DNA from: Squalus acanthias
Lineage: Eukaryota
Reading direction: 5' to 3'
Assembly (NCBI GenBank): GCA_030390025.1
Contig: CM059432.1
Span: forward strand, 98,954,001-99,018,000
DNA: 64,000 bases
This document shows, in pieces, positions 48,279 through 60,700 of this stretch. A program made the translations under genes and the position numbers. The notes below the pieces were generated by a model. That model was not told the DNA's origin, ran no database searches, and saw nothing but the letters and a program-made list of their open reading frames with translations. The number at the start of each line of letters is the position of its first letter. Position 1 is the first letter of the stretch.

Positions 48279-50096
48279 GTTAGTGAGGAGGACTTTGCAG
48301 GCTCGACTGGGCTGGGTGTGCTTTTGTCATTTCCGGTGCCTAGTTTGATGCTGGGTGGTCCGTCCAGTTTTATTCCTAGTATGCGTCTTTGTAGTAGTTT
48401 GGTACAACTGAGGGGCTTGCTAGGCCATTTCAGAGGGCAGTTAAGAGTTAACCACATTGCTTATGTGTCTGGAGTCACATATTGGCCAGACCAGGTAAGG
48501 ACGGCAGATTTCCTTTCCTAAAGGACATCAGTGAACCAGAAGGGTTTCTATGACAATTCACCATTACTCATCCTAGCTTTTTATTCCAGATTTATTTAAT
48601 TAACTGAATTTAAATTCCCCAGCTGCCATGGTGGGATTTGAACTCATGTCACCATTAGTCCAGGCCTCTGGATTACTAGTCGAGGAACATAACCACTATG
48701 CTACTGTCTGATCACCCCGCTGAAATCTCGACCGGAGACCGCTGAAGGCGCCATTTTTTTTCCAGCCAATTGTACAGTTTCTACAGGAGTTTGGTTGGTC
48801 TCCCACTGAGGTTGTGGCACGGAACTGGGAGAATGCACCCTAGAATTCCAGTGCCGATAAGTTGCATTATGCACTTTTGTAAAGTGTATCTATTTACATA
48901 GGAGAACAATTTCCTCCGGAGGACTTCCGATCTCTAGCCGTATCTACAGTGGAAAGGCAGCCGGAAACCTGGCGTAAGCAGCCGTTTACGTGGTTCTCCA
49001 GTGTGTCTATTGCTCTTGCACTAAAGTTACGGCAGACAATCGAGAGAATCCCCATGGAAATTCCAGGCGGCTTTTTTGATAAATACTTGGTGATTGTAAT
49101 TCACTGACTTTCATTTTCTGTTTTAACTTAATTTAGAGAGTAGTAAATGCTCCCATGCCCTGCAGAAAATTTTGATTAAACCAAATGCATGACCAACAAA
49201 TTGACAACATGAATACCTGTGAGCACATGATTTATTCCATTTGCTAAGGTTCTGCTTTACATAAATTTGACAAATATGAAGGAAAGAAAAATGGAAGATG
49301 GTGGAAATGCGCAGCAAGTCAATCAGCATTTGCAAAAAGAAAGTTCTGGTGAGGTCACGTCTGAAATATTAACTTAGTTTTTCAGGCGCTGATTAACCTA
49401 TTACGTATTCTAGCATTTTCTGTTTTATTTCATTATTTCAGAAATCATAATTTTTATTCTGCTCCCATATATCAAGAACATGTTTCATATCGTCTATATT
49501 CAAGGCATTTAGCTGTTTCCATGCATTTATAATGTAATGAATTTACTCTCCTTAATTAGTCATTTTATTTCTATTAAGATATTTACCTTCATCAGGATAA
49601 TTCAAAGTAAGTTGTATCTTTATGAAATGTTGATGTTGCAATCATTTTCATATTATCAGTAATATTCCTTAATTATTCTAATTTTACTTAATATGCACCT
49701 TAGGGTTTCAAAATAGACTTACTGCTATGATTTAAAATTGTACATGTGGGAATGGCTATAGTCTATTTATAACACTCAGAGAAAAAGAATATAACTTAAA
49801 TACTTGCTGCAATTATATTTTACAATAAATAATAATATTCATGAATATTTTCTTATCTGTGGTCCTCAGGTAATTAGAGTTCAACAACACTCCAACTTAG
49901 TCTGATTGTATTTCTGGTGTAAACTAGAAAACAAAAGACTTACCTGAGGCTGTTTAGATAGATTTATTTTATTGAGAAACACTCTTTGCAGATCAGTCAA
50001 AATTAATGCCAAATCTAAAATCATGATCAATTGCAATCAGTTATAATTACTATATATTTCTTGTCACTTCTCATTTTTTGCAAGTTTTCCTTACAG

Positions 50097-50500
50097 TGTC
50101 AGCTGTGGCTCAGTGGGTAGCACACTTGCCTCTGAGTTAGAAGGTTGTGGGTTCAAGTCCCACTCCAAAGACAGGAGCACATAAAGCTACCCTAACACTC
50201 CAGTGCAGTGCTGAGGGAGTGCTGCATTGTTGGATGGTGCCATTGTCAGATGAGATGTTAAACCGAGGCCTTGTCTGCTCTCTCAGGTGGATGTAAAAGA
50301 TCACAAGGCACTATTTCAAAGAAGAGCAGGGGAGTTATCCCCAGTGTCCTGGCCAATATTTATCCCTCAACTAACATAGCAAAAACAGATTATCTGGTCA
50401 TTATCACATTGCTGTTTGTGGGAGCTTGCTGTGAGCATTTTTGGCTGCTGTGTTTCCCATGGTGGTTGTGAAAGGTGCTATATAAATGTAAGTCTTTCTT
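50097..50500 (+). mobile_element. tRNA-headed Deu-domain SINE (SacSINE1-like)
   Basis: A box TGGCTCAGTGG, B box GGTTCAAGTCC, Deu-like core GATGAGATGTTAAACCGAGG, L2-like tail. Confidence 0.85.
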
Positions 50501-51377
50501 TAAAGCCATTATTTATGACCTTTAGTGCATAAATCAGTTTATGATAAAATGTTATTTTTCACTGTACAAATGTAAAGAATAAATGCTTTCTTGACTTGTT
50601 TAGTGAGTTTATAATCATTTTTATTCATAATTTATAATCTTCATTTTTTAAATTACTTACCATGTTTAAATATCTAGATGTATAATGATTTTGCCATGAT
50701 GAATAATGGTTACATTAATGTAATTTCAGCTGAGTAAATCTTTTCAGATTTGATTCACCCTTCATCTTCTACATCATTACTAACACTGCTCCAGAGTTGC
50801 AGTGAATGACTACACATTAACTGTTGCATTAGTGTACTGTCACCCAAATGTGACTCATGGCTGTTTTGACTGATAGCTTTCTTGCATTGTCAGCATATGA
50901 GCCTGGGTTTTCCTCTGCTTATTGCTTGGTTTTTGGTCAGTATGTTGACATGGTGGGAAATGGGACACGTATCCATCCCACCAGATCCCAGCCCACTTTA
51001 GCACTCACCCAATTTTTGTTGCCATTTCCTTGGTGACATCTTCTGTCCCATTTTCCATCATTTCCACCTCAATTGCGTTCACTGGCAGTCATGTCTCTAC
51101 TAAATGGGAATTCAGGATTGATAAGCAGTTGGGAAAAGGTGATAGTAAATTTAAAGAGCCAAGCACACATATTTCAAAGCTTTTCATTTCTCCACTATTT
51201 TGATTTGCTTTTTGCTCTCCAATTCAGCTACTTTACCATCTGTAGGGCTGCCATTTCCCTCTCTCTCCCTTCAGACAGAGCACAATAGATCGTTGAATTA
51301 AATAATTGCCCTTTACCTTTGCTTTTTGGAAGAGCAAGAGGAGTAGAAATGGAGGACGGCCAGGCTCATGTGTTCCA

Positions 51378-51801
51378 ATTTCCATACATTAATGCCTTAT
51401 TTAAATATTAAAGTGAAGCTTTTGCTTGTACGGAAGAGCATGGGCATTAAGCCTGACTTGAAAATTGAGCCTGTCTTTCCTGTCTGAGTGAAATCATGTG
51501 ACAACTCATTTTCTGGTTCCTGCTTGCCTAAATCATTTGGAAGGACTGATGCTGTCATCCAGAAAATTCCTGCTCAATTTTTTAATTATGTTTTTATGCA
51601 TTCCTGGATTTATGCCATATATAAAAACAAAAACCATTTTGGGTGATTGGGGACCAGGAAATTCATTGTCACACAACTCCACTCAGTCCCTCCAGGAATA
51701 TCACCACGTGCAATTTTCTTGTCAGGCTTAATGCTCCTGTAGATTTCTGTTGCATACAAGCCAGAGTTTAATATTTAAATAAGGCATTAATGTATGGAAA
51801 T
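51378..51801. repeat. 35-bp perfect inverted repeat (51378-51412 / 51767-51801)
   Basis: ATTTCCATACATTAATGCCTTATTTAAATATTAAA and its exact reverse complement 354 bp apart. Confidence 0.85.
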
Positions 51802-51804
51802 AGA

Positions 51805-52245
51805 AATAGAAAGAAAGACTTGCATTTATATAGTGCCTTTCATAGCCTCAGGATGTCCCAAAGCACTTTACAGCCAATTAATTACCTTTGGAGTGTAGTC
51901 ACTGTTGTAATGTAGGACACGTGGAAGCCAATTGTGCACAGCAAGCTCCCACAAACAACAATGAGATAAATGACCAGGTCATTGCTTTTTTTAGATGTTG
52001 GTTGAGGGATAAATATTGACGAGGACACTGGGGATAACTTCCTTGCTTTTCTTCAAAATAATGCCGTGCACTCTTTCACATCCACCTGAGAGGCAGACAG
52101 GGTCTCGGTTTAACATGTCATCTGAACTCCCTCAGTACTGCACTGGAATGTCAGCCTGGATTTTGTGCTCAAGTCTCTGGAGTGGGACTTGAAGCCACAA
52201 TCTTCTGACTCAGGTGAGAGTGCTACTAATTGAGCCATGGCTTAC
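51805..52245 (-). mobile_element. SacSINE1-like Deu SINE
   Basis: Reverse-complement homolog of 50097-50500. Confidence 0.85.
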
Positions 52246-52705
52246 ACAAGGAGAATTTGGAGACTTGCAACTTCTATTTGGAAAGAGGGAGCAGGAATAG
52301 TTGACAGCTTGGAGCTACTGGGCTCAAAATTCCATAGGCTGTGATCTTGCTGGTGACCTTCAAAACAGGGTCAGGGGGAGGGCACCTAATTAGCATGAGG
52401 CTGATATGCACGACAGGCGCATCTCACGCACATGTTTGCCCCAAGTTACAGGAAATCCAGCATCTGTGGGGAGGGGGGAGGGCTCCCCCAAGGCAAACAT
52501 AGATCCTTAATGTCCAATTATTGTTACCTTTATATCTATTATAGCTTTTCTCACTCCAGCCAAAATGATGCTTTCAAATAATGATCTTGATGAAACTATA
52601 TTCACAAGCTCAGACACTAGCATTCCTACAAAATATATCAAAAGCATAATCGGTTATTGACTATAAGGAGCTTGCATTTGCACCCAAATGCACAAAAGAT
52701 GTAAT

Positions 52706-53442
52706 GGTGCAGAAATTCCGATCCCTACGGGTGTGTACTCACCCGTAGGGACATCGGAAATGCCGGTTTCAGGCATGCACTGCGCATGCGCTGGAAACTG
52801 GCATTTCTGATCTGTCAAGAAAGCTCTCGACAGATCCTCCGGCTGCCTGGGAGCAGGGCCTCTGCGGGTGGAGAGTTCTGCTTTTTGGAGACCCTCCGCC
52901 CGCAGAAAACACTTAGAATTCTTGCGCCTGGTAAAAGTCTGCTTTTACCCAAGATAAGAGATGAAAAAAGTTTTTAAAAAAAATTTCCACTGATTTATCA
53001 TTTAAAAATACTTTAAAGAAAGGTAAGTTTATTTTTAGCCCGTGAAAAACTTTAATTATTTTTTTCAAAAAATAAAATTTTTGTTTAAAATACTTAATTT
53101 ATTGTAATTTAAAGTCATTTAAAAAATGTGATTTTTAAAAAAAAATGTATTTAAAGTTTTACTATGTTTTGGGGGTTATCTCAATTCATATATTTGACAG
53201 GTCTTCCTGTCAAATATATGAAGGGAGATTCCCTTCTCTGATTGGCTCCCCATGGCCCACGTGATCCCAGGGACGCTGCGAACCACCTGCGCCTCTGGGA
53301 TACGTGGGCCCTGCACACCGGCAGTTTGGAGAGGCCCAGCAGCGGAACTCTGCGTCTCCTGGGAGCCCTCCGGTCTTGGCGCAGATTTTTCCAGATCGCA
53401 GCCCTCCGCCCGTGGGAGGCCTGCGATCGGAATATCTGGGCC
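52706..53442. mobile_element. Harbinger-type MITE family B
   Basis: TIRs GGTGCAGAAATTCCGATC ... GATCGGAATATCTGGGCC; TSD AAT. Confidence 0.85.
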
Positions 53443-53774
53443 AATGTGAATAAGTTTCTGATTCAACAAAAAAGATATCACATCAGCCAGTGTTTGTGAC
53501 ATTGATCTGCAATGCTAGTTCTTACCCATGGTTCATAGCTCAGACCATCAGCCACTCTTTCCCTGAGTCTTACAGACATCCAAACAATGTACTTCATTCT
53601 GGTTTTTGGAGGCTTTGAAATTCGGTCTTTCTTAATTGTACGCTATTCACACATAACACATCCAACACTTACATTATGGATAGCATTACCCTAGCTGTTT
53701 TAAAAACAGCACAAATCATATTCACACATTCTAGCCAGGAATTTAAAAGGATGTCATGATGTTACTGCTTTCAT

Positions 53775-54130
53775 GCTGAGGGAGTGCTGCACTGTCGGAG
53801 GTGCCGTCTTTCGGATGAGACGTTAAAGCGAGGCCCCGTCTACTCTTTCAGGTGGACGTAAAAGATTCCATGGCACTATTTCGAAGAAGAGCAGGGGAGT
53901 TATCCCCAGTGTCCTGGCCAATACTTATCCCTCAACCAACATAACAAAATAAACAGATTGTCTGGTCATTATCACATTGCTGTTTGTGGGAGCTTGCTGT
54001 GCGCAAATTGGCTGCCACGTTTCCCACATTACAACAGTGACTACACTTCAAAAAGTACTTCATTGGCTGTAAAGCGCTTTGAGACGTCCGGTGGTCGTGA
54101 AAGGCGCTATATAAATGCAAGACTTTTTCT
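53775..54130 (+). mobile_element. 5'-truncated SacSINE1-like Deu SINE
   Basis: GTGCCGTCTTTCGGATGAGACG core; tail AAAGGCGCTATATAAATGCAAG. Confidence 0.85.
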
Positions 54131-55528
54131 TATTTTTCAATGAATTATCCTTGTACAGGTGGCTTGCCATATGCCTTTTTGAAATAAACCTTCATTTGTA
54201 CGCATCAGTCGCTGTGTGTAGCGTGACAGTTGCATAGCAAATGTCATGTATCTTTTGTTACCTCTGTCCACTGACTATTTTGCTACATTATTTCTAAAAG
54301 CTGAAGATTTGGGATATCTAAATCAATGTTCTCCACAAATGAAAACACTGTTTGTGCCTGTAACTGTTGTTTTGTATTAACAGCATTAAATGCTTGTGGT
54401 ATTAATTGTCATTCTGCCTTGTTCAGTCAATACCAGAGGTATCTCGTGAAGCTTAAATCCCTTAGTCCGTTGGGAATTGCAGAGCTATCAATTATCACGG
54501 CCAACAGGGCTGTCCTGCAGTGGAAAACTTCATCTAGAAGCAGCTTCAACACATCATCTAAGTGGCACTTTATTTAAATTAATTCATGAATGAGTACTTA
54601 TTGTTCGGCACTGGAGTAGTCTACACAGATCTCCTGAATTTCAAGGATGTCTGCGCTATATATATATTTTTCAAATAATCTTCAGGGATTTCCTGTCATA
54701 TGTTCCTTGGGAAATAAAGTAAAACGATAATTAACATCAATGTCTGGAACCTTTTCATACTCCATTAAAATGCAATTCTTTGGTATTTGCGTTGAGGTGG
54801 AAAGACACAATGTGCAACTAATATCTAGCTCCAAATTAAGAATTCATGGCCTAATGTAGTATCTGTTTTTCCTTTTGGACTGATATATTCCCAGTGCTTT
54901 ATATTCCAAAAAGTGCTATCTGAAGAGGACACAATTTAATATTTACACTAATCAAGGTATAAATGTCACATGCAAATTATGGCGGTGCAGTAGGAGAAGC
55001 CCTGAGGAAATTTGTCCCCTCCCCCCGTGTCTGTTTACATCAGCGGGGAAAATTTAAACTGATCCCATTTGTATATTTATTGGAGATCTCAGTAAAATGT
55101 TTGTTTATAATGTTGAAGTGTTAGTTTCCCTTTACTCAGCAGTGTAGTCAGTGTGTTTTTGTACCAGTATTATGGGAATTTTTGTTGACAAAATAAATAT
55201 GTATGATTGTGCCAACAAATTCAGCAGCAACAAATTCATGGTCAACTCAAGAGGTGTTATTATTAAGGAATATACTTTTCTAAATTCCAAAGATATGCCA
55301 AAAGCTGGACGTGGGCCTTGTGCCAGGATCCCACTCAAATTGGACCATCAGAGGGCACCCAGCAACAAGGGGAACAGCATCCTAAAGATATGAGAAATGT
55401 TTTATTTCCAGTCACCTGTCAGATACTTGGGACTTGTGGCCTTCTGGCTGCTGTTTTCCATTAATAGCCAAGTACACTTCCTTAGCTCCTCTCAACTGTT
55501 AGAGGAGGAATGAATGACTTACTGACAG

Positions 55529-55709
55529 TGGAGTGATTTTAACTTTCAGAGGTGGCGTAAATGGGGCAATATTGCATCGGCCTCCTGTTATATACCCAGC
55601 CCGATTTTACTTTCTATTGAAGTCAAAAGAAAGTAAAATCAGGTGGCGTGCATAATGCACAGCTGATCCAGCCCGTGTTACATTACTGCCAAAAGTTACA
55701 ATTACTTTC
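55529..55709. mobile_element. Old short palindromic MITE
   Basis: Central GATTTTACTTTCT / AGAAAGTAAAATC stem with degenerate outer arms. Confidence 0.5.
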
Positions 55710-55882
55710 AGTGACCTTTTGCTGAGAAAACGTAAAGAAGTGAGTTTGGTCTGAACAGGCGTTCGGTGCTGAGACAGAATGGGCCTGAATCTGCAAGACT
55801 AGACAGATTTATTTATCAGGTAATAGCTTAATTGTATGAGCTGTAGCCTTTAAGTTACTTTTATTAATTTTCACTAGGGTAT

Positions 55883-56671
55883 ATGATAGAGCAAGCAGTG
55901 AAAGTTAGAGGTCAGATAGTGAAAGTTATCAGATTTGCTGATGACAAAGCCTTGGTAGCAAGTACTATGAATGGACTACAGTTGTTGATTTACAGTCTGA
56001 ATGCTGCAGTAATGAATTCTGGAATGAAGTTCAATGTGATTAAGACCAAAGTTATGAAAGTTTCTAGGAATGCAAGTGATAGAATGAAAATTTTAATAAA
56101 CAAGGAACAGTTTCATCAAATGATACAATTTAAATATCTGTGAAGGATAATGACTGAAGATAGCAGATGCGCCAAGGAGGTGAGAGTAGGATTACAATGG
56201 AAAACATTGCATTTAATAGAAGAAAGAACATATTGATGGGACAACAGAATAGAGAACTGAAGAAAAGATTAGTGAAGGTTTTGAAATGGAGTGTGGTGTT
56301 GTATGGTGCTGAAACATGAATGATGATTAGGCTTCTAAAGAGCTTTGCGATGTAAGTTTGGAGACACATGGAAAAAGTAAAGTGAATAGATAAGAAAAGT
56401 AATGACGAGGTATTGACTATAATACAAGAAGAATGGAGTTTTATTGATGCTATCAGAAAAAAGGCAAATTAATTGGATTGGGCACGTGCTGATTGGAGAA
56501 GTGTTGTCGAATAAGTGATCGAAGGACAGCTGGCAAGAAAGAGACCAAAAGGTAGGAAAATAAGGATGCTTCTGGGTTAACTGAAGAATGGGAGATCGTA
56601 TGGAGAATTGAAGATAAGAGTGGTTTGGAGAGGGGAGAATTGAACCAGAACCTACCTCAATGATGATGATA
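55883..56671 (+). mobile_element. RTE-clade LINE 3' fragment, decayed
   Basis: IRFADDKALVA, GMKFNVIKTKVM, QFKYL, VVLYGAET, WIGHVL; (ATG)n tail. Confidence 0.8.
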
Positions 56672-56986
56672 TGGTGCATATATACAATGATATACCTATT
56701 ATCTCAAGCCTGCCTGAAAATAACAATTCTGATGGGATAATTCACTAGCATTTAGCATTTTAAACATGTAGGCAGGATTTGAAATGCTTACATTTTATAT
56801 GTCCAAAGGCATGCAAATAATCTGTAAGGCATATGAAAAAAAAATGCATCTGTTTTGAGGACATTGCAAAAAAAATGAAATACTTTCATTCGAAGTTCTC
56901 CATCATGACATGAGGCTGTTAATAGTGGAATATATACATTTTAGAATTTTTATGAAATAATTATTTGCAATTAAACAATATATAAT

Positions 56987-57741
56987 GGCCCGTAATTTCT
57001 GATAGGAGGCTTCCTGCGTGTGGATGCCTCCTATCGGAAAAAAATCTACGCCCTTACCTGAGGGCTCCCGAGGTCCGGACACTTCCGCTCCTGGGCCTCT
57101 CCACAGTCGAAATGCGCAGGGCCCACGTATCCCAGGGGCGCATGTGGTTCGCAAGCGTCCCTGGGATCACGTGGGCCAGGCGAGCCAATGGAAGAAGGGA
57201 ATCCTCCTTCATACTTTTGACAGACCTGTCAAAAGTATGAATGGGGATCACTGAAAAAAGACATCAAAACATTAAATACATTTTTAAAATACATCACCTT
57301 TTTAAAATGAGCTAAAATTACATTAAATTAAATATTTTAAACAAAAATTTAATTTTTTGAAAAAAATAATGAAAGTTTTTTATGGGGCTAAAAATAAACT
57401 TACCTTTTTTAAAAGTATTTTTAAATTATAAATGAGTGAAAACATTTTTTTTTTACTTTTTTAAACTCTTATGCTGATAAAAGCAGGCCTTATGCCTGCT
57501 TTTACCAGGCGTAAGATTTTTAAGTGATTTCAGCGGGTGGAGGTTCTGCAGAAAGCGGAACTCTCCACCTGCAGAGGCCCTTCTCCAGGGCAGGCGTCCG
57601 ATCTGTCAAGAGGATTCTTGACAGATCGGAAATGCTGGTTTTCAGCGCATGCGCTTCGCATGCCTGAAACTGGCATTTCCGATGTCCCTACGGGTGTGTA
57701 CACAGCTCGTACACACACGTAGGGATCGGAAAATACAGGCC
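56987..57741. mobile_element. Harbinger-type MITE family B, inverted relative to 52706
   Basis: Ends GGCCCGTAATTTCTGAT ... GATCGGAAAATACAGGCC; flanks AAT/AAA. Confidence 0.85.
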
Positions 57742-58571
57742 AAAGTGACTCAGCATAAATCTAAGGCTCCAATTAAAATTGTACTGTTACATTTTAGTAT
57801 TTTAGCAAGTTTGCTTTTGCTGATAAGCCACAGGGTGGTCAGAATTGTTTTACTGAAATATAATTTAATAAACAAGTTTGCCGAAAGCAGGTAATTTTAA
57901 AATGTACCCATTGCATACAGATAAAAATAATTTGATTGTATACCCTCTATATGAACAAAGCAGCTGCAGATATAGTTGCCCTGTTTGTCTTTCCAATCCT
58001 TCTTAATCCATCTAAAGACATGTGCCAACATAAATTATCAGAATTAAACACACAATTTTTCTAATTTGTACATTAGGTGGAAGAGTTCCTCTGAACACTA
58101 TGGGGATGATATTCCCTCATTGCTTCCGAAGTACTTACCATGTTGGAAAGCCATAGGGAATTTTTTAGTACAAGGAAAATCAGGTGGAAGCTGTTTCTGC
58201 TGATCACTGAATTGCGGCTGGCCTCATTTGAATATGTCAAAATGAAAGCCAATGGTGAAGCACTTCTGAATTTTCTGAAGCTGGACCGCGGCTGGACCCA
58301 GAGTAACTTAGATACGGTTCAGTGAGGTACAATTGCTCTTAGGATAAGCAGAAGTGAGACCTTCATGAAACAGAAGATGGGGATTTTAAATTCAGACTTT
58401 AAAGCAGTTTTTTTTTGGCCATTCTACCTACAAACACCTGCACTTGCTTCAGATTACTTATCCCAGGGTTGGACCACTGGCAGATTTTCAGATCCTCACA
58501 CACCGTCTGGGGTTCTCAGGAGCAGGTTTACTATTCCCTATGGCCACATAGATTCCAAAGAAGAAGACTAA

Positions 58572-60700
58572 AGAGAATTCCAAAGACTCACATCCCTCTG
58601 AGTGAAGAAATTCCTCCTATCTCAGTCTTAAATGGCCGACCCCTTATCCTGAGACTATGCCCCCTAGTTCTAGACTCTCCAGTAAGGGGAAACAACCTCT
58701 CGCAATCTACCCTGTCAATCCCCCTCAGAATTTTATATGTTTCAATGACATAACCTCACATTCTTCTAAACTCCAGAGAGTAAAGACATAATCTACTCAA
58801 TCTCTCCTCATAGGACAACCCTCTCATCCCAGGAATCAATCTAGTGAACCTTCCTTGCACCACCCCTAAGGCATGTATGTCCTTTCTCAGATAAGGAGAC
58901 CAAAACTGTGCACAGTACTCCAGGTGTGTTCTCACCAAAGCCCTGTACAATTGTAGTAAGACTTCCTTATTCTTGTACTCCAACCCCCTTGCAATAAAGG
59001 CCAACATGTAATTTGCCTTCCTAATTGCTTGCTGTACCTCCATGCTAACTTTCTGTGTATCCTGTACGAGGACATCTAAATCTCTGTGAACACCAACATT
59101 TAGTAGTTTCTCACCATTTAAAAAATATTCTGTTTTTCCATTCTTCCTACCAAAGTGGATAATCTCACATTTCCCCACATTATACTCTATCTGTCACTTT
59201 ATTGCCCACTCACTTAGGGCGCTAACGGGCTGCAAAGCAACTAGCGCTCGGGTGCGGCGCCGCCAATGCCTCCCGTGAAATTCAGCAGGAGGTTAGTGGG
59301 GGCAGTAACCGGTAGCGCCCGACGGTGCTGCGCCGTCGGCGATGACATCATCGCTGTGTGCAGCGCCCCGCTCGCGCCCCGGCCGCGATCTTTGGGAGCG
59401 CCCCCTGACTTACCACCGGACGCTATGTCCGACAGGGTCAGGGGGGCCTACCTGCGGCCAGGGAGGCGCTGTTTAAAGGCGAGGTGCGGGGCGACCATTT
59501 TTGTTGCTGGCCGCCTGCCAACACCTGTCCTTCGCTCTCGTCTCCGGTCTCTTTATCCGCCCCCCGCAGAGTGCCGGCTGTGCTCCATGAGCCCGGCACT
59601 TCTCTTGAGTGCCGGGCTCTTTGGCCGGCACTCCCGATCCCCGGGGGCCCAGTAGGGCCATGGGTCGCGCTGGGCAAGGCCCCTCCCCTTTAAGAAGGGG
59701 AGGAAGGCCTGCAATACTGCGGCGTGACGTGCCGCAGTGCGTGGCGCTGCGGCACATAGCGCCGCGATATTCCCTCGCAGCGCCCCAAGAGGGAGGTGGG
59801 GCGCTTGCAGTAGCGCCCCGCTTCCCTCTTGGGGCGCTGCCACTCAATTTCCGTCGCGGGGGCGCTAATTTTTCTGGGGTGCTAAAAGTAACGCCCTGGC
59901 GAAGTTAGCGCCCCAAAGGGGGCGCTACTCAATTTTTAGCCCTTTGTGTCTTCCTCACAGCTTACTTTCCCACCTAGCTTTGTATCATCAGCAAACTTGG
60001 ATACATTGTACTAGATCCCTTCATCTAAGTCATTAATATAGATTGTAAATAGCTGAGGCCCAAACATTGATCCTTGCGGCACCCCACTAGTTGCAGCCTG
60101 CCAACTGGAAAATGGCCGTTTATTCCTACTCTCTGTTTTCTGTCCATTAACCAATCCTCTATCCATGCTAATATATTACCCCAACCCCATGAGCCCTTAT
60201 CTTGCATAGCAAACTTTTATGTGTCATTTTATCGAATGCCTTTTGGAAATCTAAATAAACTACATCCATCGATTCCTCTTTATCTACCCTGCTAGTTATA
60301 TTCTCAAAAACCTCTAATAAATTTGTTAAACACTATTTCCCTTTCATAAAACCATGCTGACTCTGCTTAATCATATTATGATTTTCTAAGTGCCCTGTTA
60401 CCACTTCCTTAATAATGGATTCCAGCATTTTCCCGATGACTGATGTCAGGCTAACTGGGCTGTAGTTCTCGGTTTTCTCTCTCCCGCCTTTCTTGAATAG
60501 CGGGTTTACATTTGCTACCTTCCAATCCGCTGGGACCATTCTAGAATCTAAGGAAATTTTGGAAGATCACAACCAATGCATCCACTATCTCTGCAGCCCT
60601 AGGGTGAAGGGCATCAGGTTCAGGGGATTTGTTGGCTTTTAGTCCCATTAGTTTCTCAAGTACTTTTTCTCGACTGATATTAACTACTTTAAGTTCCTCC
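58572..60700 (-). mobile_element. Decayed CR1 LINE (same family as 5392-6782), interrupted at 59217-59942
   Basis: LEYCAQFWSP, DWKVANV, SQHGFMKGK fragments. Confidence 0.9.
59217..59942. mobile_element. GC/CpG-rich non-autonomous DNA transposon (Harbinger-like right end, left end missing)
   Basis: Ends AATTTTTAGCCC; many AGCGCC/GGCGCT motifs; interrupts CR1 with a small CR1 deletion. Confidence 0.6.

Larger units (their letters stand above)
38595..48705 (-). mobile_element. SINE-headed LINE copy B, split into 38595-38662, 43070-45347 and 48279-48705
   Basis: A box TAGCATAGTGG (48693-48703) and B box GAGTTCAAATCC (48634-48645); homologous to 33304-35052; APE sequence resumes across the CR1 with duplicated GTTA. 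Confidence 0.8.

Noticed and set aside
49300..49440. Additional hammerhead in an old Penelope remnant
   Set aside because: The core reads CTGGTGA, lacking the CUGANGA box; too decayed to call.
50097..50170. tRNA gene
   Set aside because: A/B boxes continue into a SINE core and tail; the same applies to 33304 and 48705.
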